Positions 168,173 to 183,900 of a stretch of DNA of 248,000 nucleotides are shown here, in pieces. A program made the translations under genes and the position numbers. The stretch covers positions 20,001 to 268,000 of the forward strand of contig NW_008806280.1 of NCBI RefSeq assembly GCF_000400465.1, written 5' to 3'. The first letter of the stretch is position 1. Each line of letters starts with the position of its first letter. The notes beneath the pieces were generated by a model. The model was not told the DNA's origin. It searched no databases and saw only the letters and a program-made list of their open reading frames with translations. This stretch comes from Wallemia ichthyophaga EXF-994. Lineage: Eukaryota > Fungi > Basidiomycota.

Positions 168173-170262
168173 TTATTCTTCTCCCTCTGCTTCCAAATCT
168201 AGTCCTACCAACTTGGGCGATGGCGGGAGTGGTTTACTCCACCTCTCCTCACTCGATACCTTGGGTGTTTCTCCTTCCGTCATCCCGAGCATCTCCTCCA
168301 GCTCTTTCTGTGCTTGATCCCACCTTCTCAACGAATCTTCTACAGGCGACCTCTCCTGTACAACTGTCTCTTGTGTTTTGTCATCACTCGACCTTCCTTC
168401 CCTCTCCTCGTTGTACTCTCCCCCTTTCACCTCTTTCTCATTTTGCTCCAAATCCACTTCCGTCTCTACCCGCCTCAATCCCTCTACCCCATTTGATTCT
168501 CCACTGTCTTCATCTTCATCCGATGAGCTAACGTCATCTACGTTGTACCCAAACGCAAGACTTGATCCCCTTGGTGCGATTATTGGTGCAGTTCTCTCGG
168601 GCTGTTTTTCTGATAACTGTGTATTTACCGTCGGTGTAATACCTGTGCTAACATATCCAACCGTCTCTGTCGGTGAGCGCAGCGTATCCAGCCACTCATC
168701 TTCACTGTCCTTTTGTGTAGCCTCTCGCCCAAGCGCTGCTTCATACATCCCGCTCCCTCCGTCGTCGAGATGATCATCTGTGCTTGAAGCATTCGCATTA
168801 GTTTTCTTCCTTATCCACCCCCTCCTATCTCGTCTCTTGTTTAATAACTTTTCTGTAAAGGGTGAGATACTCGATGTTCTTTGTGTTGATCTGAAAAGCA
168901 AACTTGTTCCTGAACTTGATGTCGATTGTTCATTTTGTACATCCCCAATATAGCTTCGACGTATTATCCTACCTAACCTCTCAACCCGGTCCTGACTTGT
169001 GTCAGATGCACGTATTGATGATACTACCAGTGACATCTGCTGCAGCCGCGGTATTGGACTAAAGGCACTTGTTTTGGGTTGCGTAGAGCTAGCCGCTATT
169101 GCTGCTGCTGTTGACGGTAGTGAATCTGGTATACTTTGGTAAGCAGACTTTAACGAACTAAGTGACTGCTTCGACTGTGGTCCCGATGTAGGTGTTACAG
169201 GTACAGCCTCATCGCATAAATCCATAAATAACCTCTCTAATTTTCCAAATAGTGGTATAATCAACTGATCTCTGAAACCCTTTATCACTGACTTGCGCAC
169301 ATTCATCACTGACGGTAATAACGCCACCTTGCTCGTTGATTCGTCGTTATACGACAGATTATGACTCGATCCATCCCCCGTTTTCGCAGAGTTTGCTGTT
169401 GATGATTTTGCTAGTGCCTGAATATGTGTATCTGTGCTATACGGTAGAAATACTCCTTCAAGAAGAGGTAAAACCTGACCGAAGAAGAATGTCCTGTTGT
169501 GAGCCCACTCAGTTGAGGTATTCTGATATGAAATTTAAGTCACCCTACCAAATTTCAACGGTACGTGTCGCAAAACGATCAGTACTCTCATCGACATGTT
169601 GAACAAGCTTGGCTCGAAGCGTAAGCATGCCAATACTGATCAGGTTGTTAAAATCAGTGGAAAGGCTTTCAATCACGCGCGATGGTTTTGAGCGAGCGAT
169701 AGTGTCTCTGATATGAATAATGACCAACGCGTTTAAATCTTCCAAAGATGTTATCTGCGTATGCGTCAATACGTCGACGTCGAGTGATAGAGAAAATGGA
169801 TTATAAAAGAACCATCAAACTCACCATGTTCTCGCCATTGAACAATGGCAGTACTTTGACGCATATCGCCTGCCAGGAATCGCCGTGGAGCTCAATGGCA
169901 CTAGCTATATCCTTACCCAAGCCGCCCTTGGCAGTGCTAGAGCTATTGCCACTACCACCAAACGCAGCGCTGTTGGAGGTTGCTGGAGCGTGCGAGAAAG
170001 AGGGTGACGTTTGATTGTACTTGCTGGAATTTCCTGGCTTTGATGACGCCAATTTGTGGAAAGTGCGATGAACTCTGGGTGAATGATGGATAGTGTGTGA
170101 GTGAGTTGAAGGATTTGGGGAACTGGGATTTGTTATTGGAGCTGAAATGCTGTTTGGATCGAGCTTCCGGCTGCTCGATGGGCTGGCAGGCGGCACATTC
170201 AGCAGCTGCGATCTCGATGGCGTTGAAGATGGAAATAGAGATGGTGAGATATTTGCAGATGA
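168173..170262 (-). CDS. HbrB/Bit61/PRR5-like TORC2-associated protein
   Basis: WQAICVKVLPLFNGE; FRDQLIIP. Confidence 0.72.
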
Positions 170263-170423
170263 GTTTGGTATATTAAGCCGCAAATCACTCGGCTTGGTCG
170301 GCATAGTGGCGGGGAGATGGCTGTGGTAAAGGAGGAAAGAGGACCAGCCAAGGAAATAATTATTATTTACAATTTTGGTATTCTACGCTCAAATCCTTTT
170401 TATCTTCTTGATCCACTCCATCG

Positions 170424-173400
170424 ATGGCTGATCAACTCGAGTCTTTCATTGACAGACTCACCGGTGCTGTAGCGCTGCAGGATAGCCCGCTACCATCTAT
170501 TGTCGCCGAGGATTCCTCCGTGTGGGTGAAGCGCTTTCTTCACCTCCGATCTCCGATCTTAACGCCTAGGCTTTGCAGAACACTCCCAGTTGAATCGCAA
170601 TATCCAACAGACAAAGACAGCTCAACAACAGTCACGCGCTTGATCAACGACAGAAAAGCTGCCTTGTCTCTTCAGGCGTCTACCGCTCAAGGCGGTCCCT
170701 CTGGCTCCACCGCCACGACAGACGCACTCAACAATCTACTCAAGTTTGTCGCTTGCTTTGTTTTTTAGTGGATTTTAATGGCTCACTGTTTCCAGCTTCA
170801 TCGGTTCTACCTTTGGCGATGCTGATATGCACGATAAGATTGTGTTTGAGGTGTCTTCGCTGCTCAATTCCCCACGTTCCACGGACGATATCTCTTCTGC
170901 TCTAGTCGACACGCTTGGCTTCGATGCTCTTGATCTTATCGCCCAAGTTCTCTCCAATAGGGCTGAAATCGGTCTTGGATTGAATGACGTCGTGAGTTTA
171001 TCCGGTGTGTTACCTCACCCCTGCTCATCCCAATAGATGTCCTTGAACGCTCGCAACGCCGAGCAGCACTCTAAATCTCACAAGCGTGAGAAAGCACGCC
171101 ACAATGACTTGGAGGGTGCGTTTCGTGGTCTCTATCGCCAATGTCTCACCTTCCTCAGAATCCTACCTCACAATCAGCCCCGAAGAAGCTCGCAGGAGAA
171201 AGGAGGAAGAGCGCCAGCTAAACTCAAAGCGTCCATTATTCTCAAATGAAGGAGGCGTATGTGTCTGCATTTATCACCCATCATCAGCTGACACACTACA
171301 AGTCGATCGAAGAGCCAAACTATCCACATGTCTACAAGAATTCGGCCAATGGTGGTAATATCCTCTCCACTATGGGTTCTCGCTATATGCTACCCTTAGG
171401 CACAACGAAAGACCATTTCGACGTGGGTTGCATTTTATTACTAGCTATACTATCTAATATTACATCAAGAACTACGACGAAATCACTATACCTCCCTCAA
171501 AACCTATTCCACCAAAGATTCATGAACGCATCGTCGAAATTGGAGAAATGGACGCTCTCTGTCAACGATCTTTTAAGGTGTGCATCGCTTGCAATCGACT
171601 ACAACTGCAACTCTAATCTTCTGTCAGGGTTACGAAAAGCTCAATAGAGTTCAGTCTGTGGTCTACCCTACCGCTTACACAACTAATGAGAATATGCTCG
171701 TCTGTGGTGTGTATTAAAAGCGCTTAAACGACACCCACTAACATATCATAAAGCACCCACCGGAGCTGGTAAAACAGACGTTGCTATGCTCACAATTTTG
171801 AGGGTTGTCTCACAGTTTGCGGATGAGAACAAACTTACTTTTGGTCCTGGAAAGGGCAAAGGGTCTGCAAGTTTTGGTGTTAGGCTGGATGACTTCAAAA
171901 TTATCTATGTCGCACCAATGAAAGCACTGGCCGCTGAAATCACAGCCAAACTCGGCAAACGTCTAAGTTGGCTCGACATCAAAGTGAGAGAGCTAACAGG
172001 TGACACACAATTAACAAAAGCGGAAGTCAATGCAACTCAGATTATTGTCACCACGCCAGAAAAATGGGACGTTGTTACACGGAAACCAACTGGCGAGGGT
172101 GATCTCGCCTCAAAGGTCAAGCTGCTTATTATCGATGAAGTTCACCTGCTCAATGAAGACAGAGGTGCAGTTATTGAAACTATAGTTGCCAGAACTTTGC
172201 GCCAGGTTGAAGCTACCCAGTCTCTTATTAGAATTGTCGGTCTCAGTGCTACTTTGCCCAATTATGTCGATGTAGCCGATTTCCTTAGAGTGTCACGATA
172301 CAAGGGACTGTTCTATTTTGATGGCTCCTTCAGGCCAATCCCGTTAGAGCAACACTTTATTGGCGTCAAAGGCAAGCCGGGAAGCTCCCAATCTAAGAAA
172401 AATCTTGACCAAGCAGCCTATGAAAAAGCTGTCGAGCTAGCTGAGCAGGGTCATTCAGTTATGGTGTTTGTTCATGCTCGTAAAGAGACAGTCAAGACTG
172501 CTGAAACGTTGCTCGAGTATGCTAAAAAAGACAACCAGTTGGAAGCATTCGACTGCTCTGAGCACCCCCGTTATCATATACACAAGCGTGACATTGCACA
172601 GTCGAGAAACAAAGAGATGAGGCAGCTATTTGAAAAGGGCTTCGGTATACATCACGCTGGTATGCTTCGTTCGGATCGTAATATGATGGAAAGAATGTTC
172701 GAAGATGGTGCTCTCAAGATATTGTGTTGCACCTCTACACTTGCTTGGGGTGTTAATTTGCCGGCCCACGCTGTCATCATTAAGGGAACTCAAGTTTACG
172801 ATAGCAGTAAGGGTGCTTTCTCTGATCTTTCCATTCTCGATGTACTACAAATATTTGGTAGGAGTGGTCGACCTGGCTACTCGACGAGTGGTGTGGCATG
172901 GCTGTGTACATCTTATGAAAAGCTCGATGATTATATTCAAGCTGTTCTGTCCTCCCATGCAATTGAATCCAAATTCCATACCGGAATCGTCGACGCTTTA
173001 AATGCTGAAATATCTCTAGGCTCTGTCTCTAATGTAAGTGAAGCTGTTCAGTGGTTATCGTTCACATATATGTTCGTGCGCATGAGGAAAAATCCACTAA
173101 TGTACGGCATGGATCACGATGAACCACTCAATGACCCGCTTCTTGGGAACAAGCGCAACATGCTGATAATGTCAGCTGCGCGTCAACTAGCACTAGCAAA
173201 GATGATCAAGTTTGATGAAAATGACATGATGTTCGAGTCGGACGATATGGGTAGAATTGCTTCAAGGTTCTACATATGTCATGAATCCATCAATATCTAC
173301 AATAAAGAGCTCAACCCAACTATGTCGGAGGCTGATATTATGAGTGTCTTGTGTCAATCAGTGGAGTTTGACCAGATACAGATGCGTGATTCTGAGGTGC

Positions 173401-175763
173401 CTGAGCTTAAGCATCTCATGGAAGACATCTGTCCGTGTCAAGTCAAAGGTGGCACAGATACCAGTCAGGGCAAATGTAACATTCTCCTGCAAGCTTACAT
173501 TAGTAGAGCCTATATTGATGACTTTGCGTTGGTGTCTGACTCCAACTATGTTGCACAGAATGGCGCAAGACTGATACGAGCCCTACTCGACATTGGTCTC
173601 AGTAAAAAGTGGGCGGTGACGACATCTGGAGTTATCTCAATGAGCAAAGCCCTAGAGCAACGTTTGTGGCCGTATGAGCATCCTATGAAACAGCAATTCG
173701 GTCTCAGAAACGAAGTCATTTACAATATTACTCGCTGGGCAGATGAAACTACGATACAAGAGTTAGCTGAGCTCAGTCCAGCGGAGCTAGGTAGTTTGAT
173801 TCATCTCAATGAATCACATGGAGCAGCTCTGCATAGGATTGTTAAGAGTTTCCCTACCCTTTCTCTCAGTGTATACTTGAAGCCGCTTAGCCATGAGGTC
173901 CTCAAGCTGCAAATACACGCAAAGCCAAAATTCGCCTGGAATGAAAGAATAAGTGGCACGATGGAAAATTTCTTCTTAATTGCTGAGAGCGAAGACGAGC
174001 TCGATATCTTGCAGTGGACCAACGTTCAAATCAGGCCCACTACGGAGGAAACTAGTATTGACTTCATTTTGCGTATAGAAAACGATAAGAAGCCAGACTT
174101 TATCACCTTGAGATCGGCTTCTGAGAGATGGCTAGGATCTGAAGATCTTGTGTCGGTGTCATTTGAGGATCTGATCATGCCGGCTTCACCTAGTCCTCCA
174201 ACGGAGATTATTGATTTGCCATTCTTACCAGTGTCGGGACTCAGCAATTTAAAGCTTGAGCAAGCCTTGAACAGTATAGGTATCCGTAATTTCAATCCAA
174301 TTCAGACTCAGTGCTTTGAGCCATTCTATGTCTACTCAGACAATGTGCTGCTATGCGCTCCTGTTTACGCAGGCAAGTCAATTCTTTCTCAATTATCGAT
174401 TTGGTGCGTAGTGCGCGTTATATGAGTGCATCTTTTGCTAAACGAAGCATTCAGGAAAGCATTCACATTACAGCGCAACACACGTGCACTTATAGTTACG
174501 CCAACAGCTACTTTGGCCCGTGAGACTGCCCACGTGCTTACTACAAAGTTTTCCAAAGCGATGAGTGTCAATGTCCTCAACCTGCATTCAAAGGCAGAGC
174601 AGCGGGAGTCACAGCTGAAGCAAAATAGGGTTGTGTTTGTTGCGAGTGCGAATGTGCTCCAAGATCTACTCTGCAGTGGACAGAAAGATCAGCTTCTGGA
174701 TGACCTGTCGATATTAGTTGCAGACGATTTGCATCTTATGGGCTCCGCTTATGAAATAGCTCTGTCAGTAGTGAAGCAATCTGTCTCAGATACACGCTTT
174801 ATCGGGATCAGCGCATCTCTCGATAACATTGAAGACCTGAGGAAGTGGCTGCGCGTTGATCCTGCGCTTACATACAATTTTGCACCAAAACATCGTACGC
174901 TGCCGATAAGCACTAATGTTCAATCGCACTCAGTCGTGCCAACGTCTGCTTTCATGAAAGCTCTTATTAAGCCAACGTACGCGCTCATCAAAATAGCTCC
175001 CAAAGGAGCAATAATATTTGTCCCTACACGCACTCAATGCAGAAGTGTTGCGTCAGATTTGATTACGCTCTCGGCAACGGATTCAGATTATATTGGACTG
175101 GCGACCGAAGAATCTGTAGCGCTGGAACCCTACCTCGATAGATTATCTGACAAGACTTTGGTGGGATATCTTGTCAATGGCATAGGAATTTACTACACTG
175201 GCTTGCCTTTAGAGGATCTAGCATTGATCTTGGAGCTTTTTTTGACGGGTGTGCTACGCGCATTGATCGTTCCCAGAGATATGTGCTGGTCGTTGCCGGT
175301 ACGCGCTTCAACAGTGTGTGTGATGAACACCCAGTACCTGTCTACAAAGAATGTCAAGGACAGCAGTGGACAGGAGAAGGCTGACAAACAGGTGCAAGAG
175401 TATTCACTTTCGGAGGTCGCTCATATGCAGGCATTCGCGAGCGCAGACGTTGAAGGCGATAGCGAGGCTACACGTACTTGTGTATTGATGGCGCAGGAAA
175501 ATGGGAACAAGGAGCTTTATTCGTACTTCCTCAATGCGGGTCTTCCACTTGAATCACGTTTGAGTGAGGATGATGAACTGCTCTATTATGTCAAGCACGA
175601 GAGGAATTACGGCAGGATAAAGGATGTTGGGCAAGTCGACAAGCTACTCAAGCAGACGTATTACGTCAGAAGATCTAAGACAAACCCAACTTATTACGAT
175701 GCCAAAGGCGATGGCGTTAGGGCATTGGCGAATAAGATATGGAATGCATCAAGTGATGTGTAA
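170424..175763 (+). CDS. SLH1: Ski2-like helicase Slh1/ASCC3
   Basis: [25 protein letters not shown], Sec63 domain, second cassette. Confidence 0.88.
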
Positions 175764-175929
175764 ATGCATTATTAGACAATTTTCTTATCTTAATTGAGAC
175801 AAATTGACAAGACAGAGGATATTGCGTGTTCGTCGAAATGAGTATTGGGCGCAGAGCTTTTGCTGTAAGCTATACGTATACATTGTGATTTCGTTTGAAA
175901 CATTCTTCCTTTATAACCATCAACGGAGA

Positions 175930-178900
175930 ATGCGCAGGCTAGGTTTCTTTCTGACAGCTTGCTTGGCTTATGTAAACGCTGATCTACACACGCCGCCCCC
176001 GGTACACGTAGACGTGCAAGCTAGTTGGAGCCAGCCGCCTTACTGCGAGATAGCGATGTGAGCAATGAAGCTGCAGTGCGATGCGTCTAACAAGACGAAG
176101 GGAAGCAGCCTACAGACTACAACCAGGAATGTTTGGCAGGCTATTGGATACCATTGATTGCACAAACACGCCAGAGAAGATATATACCCAAGTAAGAAGT
176201 GAAATCACTAAGTCGAAGCAGTCACTGTTCGATCTTCATATGGCCCTGGAATCAAGCTCACCGGCAATAATAGCCTCCAGAAGCATATTAGAGAGCGAAG
176301 GATTTTCATTTGATCCGGAATGCCCGAATTTTATCAGCTATCAAGGCCGCAAGATATGTGACGTAGACGAGGTTAGTACACTCGACCAACAAGCTTGGCC
176401 TGAATCAACGTGAGTTGCATTCACTGTCAAATTACTCCAACTAAAGGCATCAGCGCGATCGTTGATACCGCGATCGACCATATTCTCTCAGAGCCTTCAT
176501 CTGCAGCCCCGCCAACTATCATCCACTACGCAGACCCAACTGCGCACAATTTCAAAAGTTTCTATGACTTCTTTAAGAAGCGCACGAAAGTCTTGAAGTA
176601 CGTCATACGATGGGCACCCACCAACGCCTCGTCTCAGCCTCAAAAATTGGCGGGATGGGGTGTCAAGTTGGATCTTAAGAAGCGCGAGTATCTCTCACTC
176701 GACGATAGAACTGTTTCAAAGAGGGCTGATGATATCAAGACAAACGTAATATCCAGTGAGGACTACAATTTCCTGCCACGCAAGCTGCAAGAGGCTTTTG
176801 GCCAGTCTCTCGTCAATTTTGAAGGAAATGACAATATCAAGACATTGTCCAGCAACTTAATCGCTCTCTTGCAGCAATCAGACAATCAATTAGAGTTACT
176901 GAACACAATTTCCCAGAATCTCCCTCTGTTAGCCCCTGCTCTTGCTGATGGCGCTTTTGAAGGAGCAGAAAATGTGCTTAACGAGCTTTCATTCAATCAG
177001 GACAAGTACCTCAAAGCCGGACAGAATGCTATCTGGCTGAACGGACGTAGGATGTATGATAAAGACCTTGAGCCATTCACGTAAGTCTGAATCAACAAAG
177101 ACCACAACTCTAATAGTACCAGGCTTTTACGTCAACTGGAATCAGAGAATTTGCTCATTGGCGCTATCACAGATTTGGGTTTTTCTAGATCTGATGCGAT
177201 CAAAGTACTCAGTCATCGCGCTCTGTATGCATCTCAAATTATCAGACCAGATTCAGTAGCTGATGGCCTGGTTGATGCTTCAGATAGAATCGAAGAGGGT
177301 GGTGTAATTAGGTGGATGAACGATTTGGAGGATCACAAACAGTACAATGGAAAATTTTGGTCTCCCTATATGCGCAACCTGCTTAATCCTCTTGGAAAAG
177401 TAGCGAGAAACTATCTCAATGGGGTTCTCGTGATTGACTTATCAAACAAACAAGCAATTGAAATGTTATCAACAAACGTGAGAGCGTTCATCGATCGCGG
177501 CATCCCTGTGCGCTGGGGCGTTGTTCCTTACATTAATCCTCTCAATCATGACAGTAAGTCAGTTTGAGGTGCGGATTTGACTCACATACTGTTAGGTTTG
177601 ATGGCTGCAAAGCTGTTTTATGGCTTGATTGATAGCAGAGGAGTTGATACATGCCTAAACTACTTTGCTGAGGCTGTCGCTTACACAGGCACTTTTGCTG
177701 AAAGAGCAGAAGCTGCTTACTCTAATCTTCCAAGTGTGAATGGCACATTGTCTCAAGACGAGTTCGACACGACTGTGAAAAGCAAAGCAGTGAAAAATGA
177801 TTTAAAGAAAGCTCAAAGCTATACCAGACGTCTCGGCGTTAGTCCCGGTGAACATGAAGAGAGTTTTGCTGGTGAAATTTTTATCAACGGCCAACCTGTG
177901 CAGTTTGATGATGTGAGAGGCGCTTAGCATTCTCAAGCTCTACTGATAAGCTCCAGAAAACGATACTTACTCTTCAAGAACATATTACCTCGCAGACTGA
178001 AGCAATCACAAAGGCCGTTCGCAATGCTGAAATCGACGAGCGCAGTGATGTTTCTGTATTCTACTACGACAAGTCATCCACATTGAAACGCCGCAACAAG
178101 TATTTGCAACCCTCAAAAAAAAAAGCACACTATATCCAAACATATCCAAAATTGCTGGATGGTCCGTATGTTACTCCGGAGACACAAGATAGAACGGATG
178201 TAACGATATGGCTTGTTTCTGATTTCAACAAACCAGAAAGCCTTGAACTGATCAAACACGCACTATCAGGCATGATTATAAGTCCAACATTTAGGCTTGG
178301 CTTTGTGCACAATCCATCTGAATGTGAAACTGCTACTGGGACTATAAGTCAAATGTTAAGGATGCTGCCAGACAGAAGCTCGCCATTGGAATTTATCGAT
178401 GCGTTACAGAATCGTGGCGAGATTAGAGAAGATGCCGATGGGATAGTAAATGCTGGCGCTTGGATAAGCGAGACAGGAATCAACCCAGGTGATTCTGGAC
178501 TCATCGTAAATGGTCGCGTCATCGGTCCTATACCACCTAATGGCCTTGTCGAAGAAGATTATGTGTACTTATTCCAACGTGATTATGCGGAACGAGTGCT
178601 GCCGGTTGTCAAAGCCTTAGATGAGACATGCCCGCACCTACTCCAGGATGATCCAGACACTGTCGCTACTCTGCTGTCTAGGCTTGGCTCACTACTATGG
178701 AAAACCAATCAAAATGAGCAGCCAGAAGGAATTTACGAGCCTCCTTATACACCTAGAGCGCGCGTTTGGAATCGATTGCATACTAAATACACGTCTATAC
178801 AAGTAGGCAAAGAGCTGTCGTCCCAGTATTCGTTTGATGTGGTTTTGGATCCAATGAGCGAGCAAGGCCAAAAGCTGACAAAGATATTGATCGCTTTAGC

Positions 178901-180706
178901 TGAAACTGGAGATGCGCATATAAGAATAGCGTTCAATCCAGACATCAGCATTGAAAATCTTCCCACCAATCGCTTCTACAGATTTGCCATGAATTCAAAG
179001 CCGCACTTTAATCAATATGGCCAGAGCATAAATCAAGCCGTTCAATTCGTACAGATGCCAGCTGATGCATTGTTCACACTGGAACTCGACCCTCCACAAT
179101 CCTGGATCGCTAGACCTGTGTATGCACCAGTAGATCTAGACAATCTCAATCTTGTTACAGCGCCGTACAAAGACCTGAATGTAATCTTTCAGCTGGACAA
179201 GATAGTTGTTGATGGGCATGCCAGAGACTCAAAGACAAGTTTGCCTCCGAGGGGCCTTCAGGTTGCTTTGAAACACGGCCAAATTGATACACAAATAGTT
179301 GCAAATCTTGGTTATCTGCAACTAGCAGTGACGCCCGGTCAGTGGTCTCTCGAAATCAGAGAAGGTTATGGCAGGCAAGTATACGAAATCGAGAGTTTAG
179401 GAAGCCTAGGTTGGAATAGCCCCACAGTCGATGAAGGCTTCGAGACATTCATGTTGGATAGCTTTGAAGGCGTCAAGCTTTACCCAAGGTTTAAGAAAAA
179501 GCCAGGTATGGAGGGAGTTGACGTGCTTTCCGAGCAGCGCGAGACAGGTTTGGTACCTTATGCGAAGGCAGCTATTTCAACGTGAGTTTTTACGAATTTT
179601 GAAGCTTTTTCTTAGACGGTGACAGACTTAAATCGTTCTTGGGCTTCACATATGAGTCTGATCATGCGGATATCAATATTTTTACTGTAGCTTCCGGTCT
179701 GCTGTACGAGGTGAGCTCAGAAATTAGATGACCAAACGATTCTTACACAAACAGCGATTTGCTTCTATCATGATACTTTCGGTGCTAAAGCACACGAATC
179801 ATTCCGTCAAGTTTTGGTTCATCGAGAACTTTTTGTCGCCCTCGTTCATAGAGTTTTTACCACACCTGGCTAAGGAGTATGGCTTCAAGTATGAGCTTGT
179901 TACTTACAAATGGCCGAGCTGGCTACGTCCACAAAAGGAAAGACAAAGAATGTTGTGGGCATACAAAATTCTCTTCCTCGACGTCCTCTTTCCAATGAGT
180001 CTCGACAAGGTGATTTTTGTAGATGCTGATAACATAGTAAGAACAGATCTCAAACAGCTAATCGATGTAGACTTGCACGGTCGTGCTTATGGCTATCCGC
180101 CGATCGGGATGGATAGGGAGGAGATGGATGGCTACCGTTTTTGGACAGAAGGGTATTGGAAGGACTATTTGCGCGGTCGCAAGTACCATATCAGCGCGTT
180201 GTACGTGGTGGATCTGAAGAGATTCAGACAGATTGCCGCGGGAGATCGTTTAAGGGGGCAATATCAAGGTCTTTCTGCTGACCCTGGCTCACTTGCAAAC
180301 CTGGATCAAGATTTACCCAACAATTTCCAAACAGAAGTGCCTATCTGGACGCTTGACGGGTCTTGGCTGTGGTGTGAAACTTGGAACTCAGAGGAGAGCA
180401 TAACACAGGCAAAGACGATTGATCTTTGCAACAACCCAAAGACAGTGAGTGTCTCATCCGCTATATTCAAATATTCACAACGCACAGAAAGAACCCAAGC
180501 TAGAAAGAGCGCGCAAGATTCCCGAATGGACAGAATATGATGATGATATCCGACAATTTAGTGACAAGCTCGCAAAAGAAAAGCTAATTAAGTCATTGCT
180601 CGTTACAGAAACTGAAGAGCTGGCGCAAGGCCCGAAGGCAGCAGCAGAGGAAGCGCCGACAGCACCAGATTATTTCAAAGATAACCACAGAAAAGACGAA
180701 TTGTAG
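175930..180706 (+). CDS. UDP-glucose:glycoprotein glucosyltransferase
   Basis: [28 protein letters not shown]-terminal KDEL. Confidence 0.92.
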
Positions 180707-180904
180707 ATAAAAATTAATTTGAAGCCGATCAGTTGACGCCATGTGCGTATACGCAGCAAGATCCTTATCGTGAGGTTGTGGGTGGTAGAGGAAATAAGCG
180801 AATCAAGGCAGCTACCAGCGTTGGAGTACTGTATGATACTCCAAGTGACTGCTGGCTGACTGCTGGGGATTGCCTCTCTCACCTCAACCACCATCACTTG
180901 CGAC

Positions 180905-183900
180905 TGATGAGTGCAATCGTGGTCCTTCCCAACGGCTCCACGCTTGATGTGTTACATACCAGCGCATCAGACGCCCTGCACGAGCTGTCGACTGTCCAAA
181001 TTTCGCTGACTTGGATACATGTAATTAGGAAGTACTGGCTCCTCGGAAAGCTGCGAGATGCCGAGACTATTTGCACTAGGGCTGCTGAATGTGAGTCCGC
181101 TGTCTTGGACCACCTGTTTCTCACAGCTCGCAGTATTCCAGCGCGACGCTCTTAGTATCTCCAAGCTGTCGACTCTCAAGGGAAATCTCTATTTGGACAT
181201 TGCAAGGGAATCCCCAAAGATTTTGCTATCAAATCCCAGTGAGGATGTCCACGCCGGTGACACCAAATGCCGCAAGGATTACATGCTCGCTGCCGCCGCT
181301 CAATTTGTTAGTGCCGATAAGTCGCTCCAAAGCATCGGTGAAGTCTCTCAGATCAATTCACCACTCTATCTGGGCAAGGCGTCCTTGCAATTGGCGCAGG
181401 GAAACCTTGATGAAGCCTTTAAAACGTTTAACGCCATTCTCAAGAACCATACTCGCAATGTCTTTGCTTTGATGGGCAAAGCAAGAATATTGCACGTCAA
181501 GCGTCATTACGCTGAGGCTTTGCGCGTCTATCAGGATATTCTTAGGATATCTCCTCGCGTAAAACCAGATCCAAGGATCGGCATTGGTTTATGCTTTTGG
181601 CAACTCAAATGCCCCCTTGAAGCAAAGGCTGCATGGGAAAGAAGCGCTGCTCTTGTGAGTCTATTCACACCCTTCTCAACGTCGCTTATTTGATTTAGAA
181701 CCCCAATTTGTACGCTCCACAGCTTCTGTTGGGTCTTCTGAACATCAACGACGCTAAAAAGCCTGATGAGCAAGATCACTACCGTGTTAAGGCGTACAAC
181801 AGGGGTATCAGATACGTACATACTGCATATAAACTCAACGAAAAAAACTCCAACGCCGCAAATGTTCTATCGTACTACTTCTTGGGTAAACGGAAGCTTC
181901 CAGTGGCAATAAAGTATGCTGAACGCGCAATTCAATATGCTGATGCTATACCCGTTCTTGTCGATGCTTACAACAATTTAGCACGCGTACACCACCTTAG
182001 CGGAAATACTGATGAAGCTCTTCGCTGCTACAAAGTCGCATTGGAGCGCTCTCCAAATAATATTGTGGCGCAGCTTGGTCGAGGACAGCTGCTTCTGAAC
182101 GATGAATCATTAACGCAGGCTGTTCACCATTTTGATAAGCTGGTTCAATCTCAGAGTCAAAAAGGATTGGCAAATCCAGAGGCTTTGTTAGTTCTCGCAA
182201 CTTTGCGCTCAAAAGTTTTGCCTGGTATATCTACGAATGAGCTACAAAAGAACAAAGAATCCGCTCGCGAGTTGTTCGATAAGTTTTTGAAAACGGTGTC
182301 GAAAGCATCCTCACCACATGAAACAGTCAGAGGTCTCGGTAACGAAGCTGAAACTTACGTTGAACTGGCTAGGCTTTGGGAGAAAGACAATATAAAGAAA
182401 TCCAGTGAGGCTTACGAGCGGGCATGTAATGTACGAAAAGAGCAAAATCTTTCTATGCCGATCGAGCTTTTGAACAATGTTGCAGTGCTTACAGCAAAGA
182501 TTGGCAATGTGGATAATGCAGTATCTTACCTCCAAGAGGCAGTTACTCGACTTGATAATGGTGAATCTAATACAAGAGACTTTTGCATTAGGAATATAGA
182601 TATCAAGCAACATATTTGTACTATGAAATACAACTTGGCGCGGATTCTTGAAGACGGAAAAGATGTTCAACATGCCAAGAAACTTTACATGCAAGTCCTC
182701 GAAATTCATCCAGAGTACTTTGAATGTAAAGTGCGACTCGCTTCACTTTATATGGATGAAAACATGCCAGATGAAGCTCACACATTACTCAAGGAGGTGC
182801 TCACAACGTGGAATGACCACAAGAACTTAAGAGCATTCTACACAAACTTCTTGATGCGATATGATATGTCGTCAGCCAAACGGTTCTGCGATGATACACT
182901 GAAGAAGGTCGCACCGAATGATATCTATGCACTTTGCGTGTCGGGCTGGGTTACTTATGTAAAATCAAGGGATATGCGCCCAAAAGTTGGAACCTCAGAA
183001 GTGAAAGACCGGGAAAGACAGTTCAGAGAGGCTATAATTTACTGGGAGAAGGCTTTGAGGTATGATCCAAAATGTGTTTATGCCGCTCAAGGACTTGCTA
183101 TCGCTATAGCAGAGAACGTTGTTCCAGATCCATCACGTCGAGATGGTCAAGAGCCAAGTGAAGAAGAAAATACTAAGGCCAGACGCGATGCGCTTGGAGT
183201 ATTTGCCAAAATAAGAGACTGTCTGGATGAGGCATCAGTTTATATCAACATGGGACATTGCTTCTACGCTCAGGATGAATTTGATAAGGCGGTTGAAGTC
183301 TACGAGCACAGCTTAGCTAGACATGAGGAGGTATCGTCGCTGTTACATGCTTGCAGGGCTAATTACAGCAAGGGAGTCCAAAAGTCGGATTTCAAATTTC
183401 TCGAGAAGGCACTGGCTTATGCTCAAACTGCAACAAAGAAGTCACCTAAGGACAAGTCTGTCAAGTACAATATAGCTATGATTGAGCAGAAAATGCTACA
183501 AGTAGTGCTGGATACACCAATCGAGAAGAGGGCTCTTAGGGATTTGGAGAGAGCTATAGAATTATCACCAGAATCACAGGAGTTATTCGGTCAGTTAGCT
183601 GCTGAGGAACCTGCAACAGTGCCATTTAGCATAGACCTTGCCGAGCAGCGTCAGGCGTTTGGTGAGGGACTCGCCGTGCGTGGGCCTGGTGAAATCGAAA
183701 AGCAGCAGGCGTATGAGGCAGAGAAGGTGGAGAAGAGTGAAAAGTACAAACTGGAGAAGGAGGCAGCTCAACAGAAAGCGAAGGAAGATGAGGCACACAG
183801 ATTAGATATGATCAAAAAGCGCAGCGAGGAGTTGGCGGAGAAACGCAAGCAGGCGCAAGAGGACATAAAGAATTTACGAGAAACACTTAAGGCAGAAGAA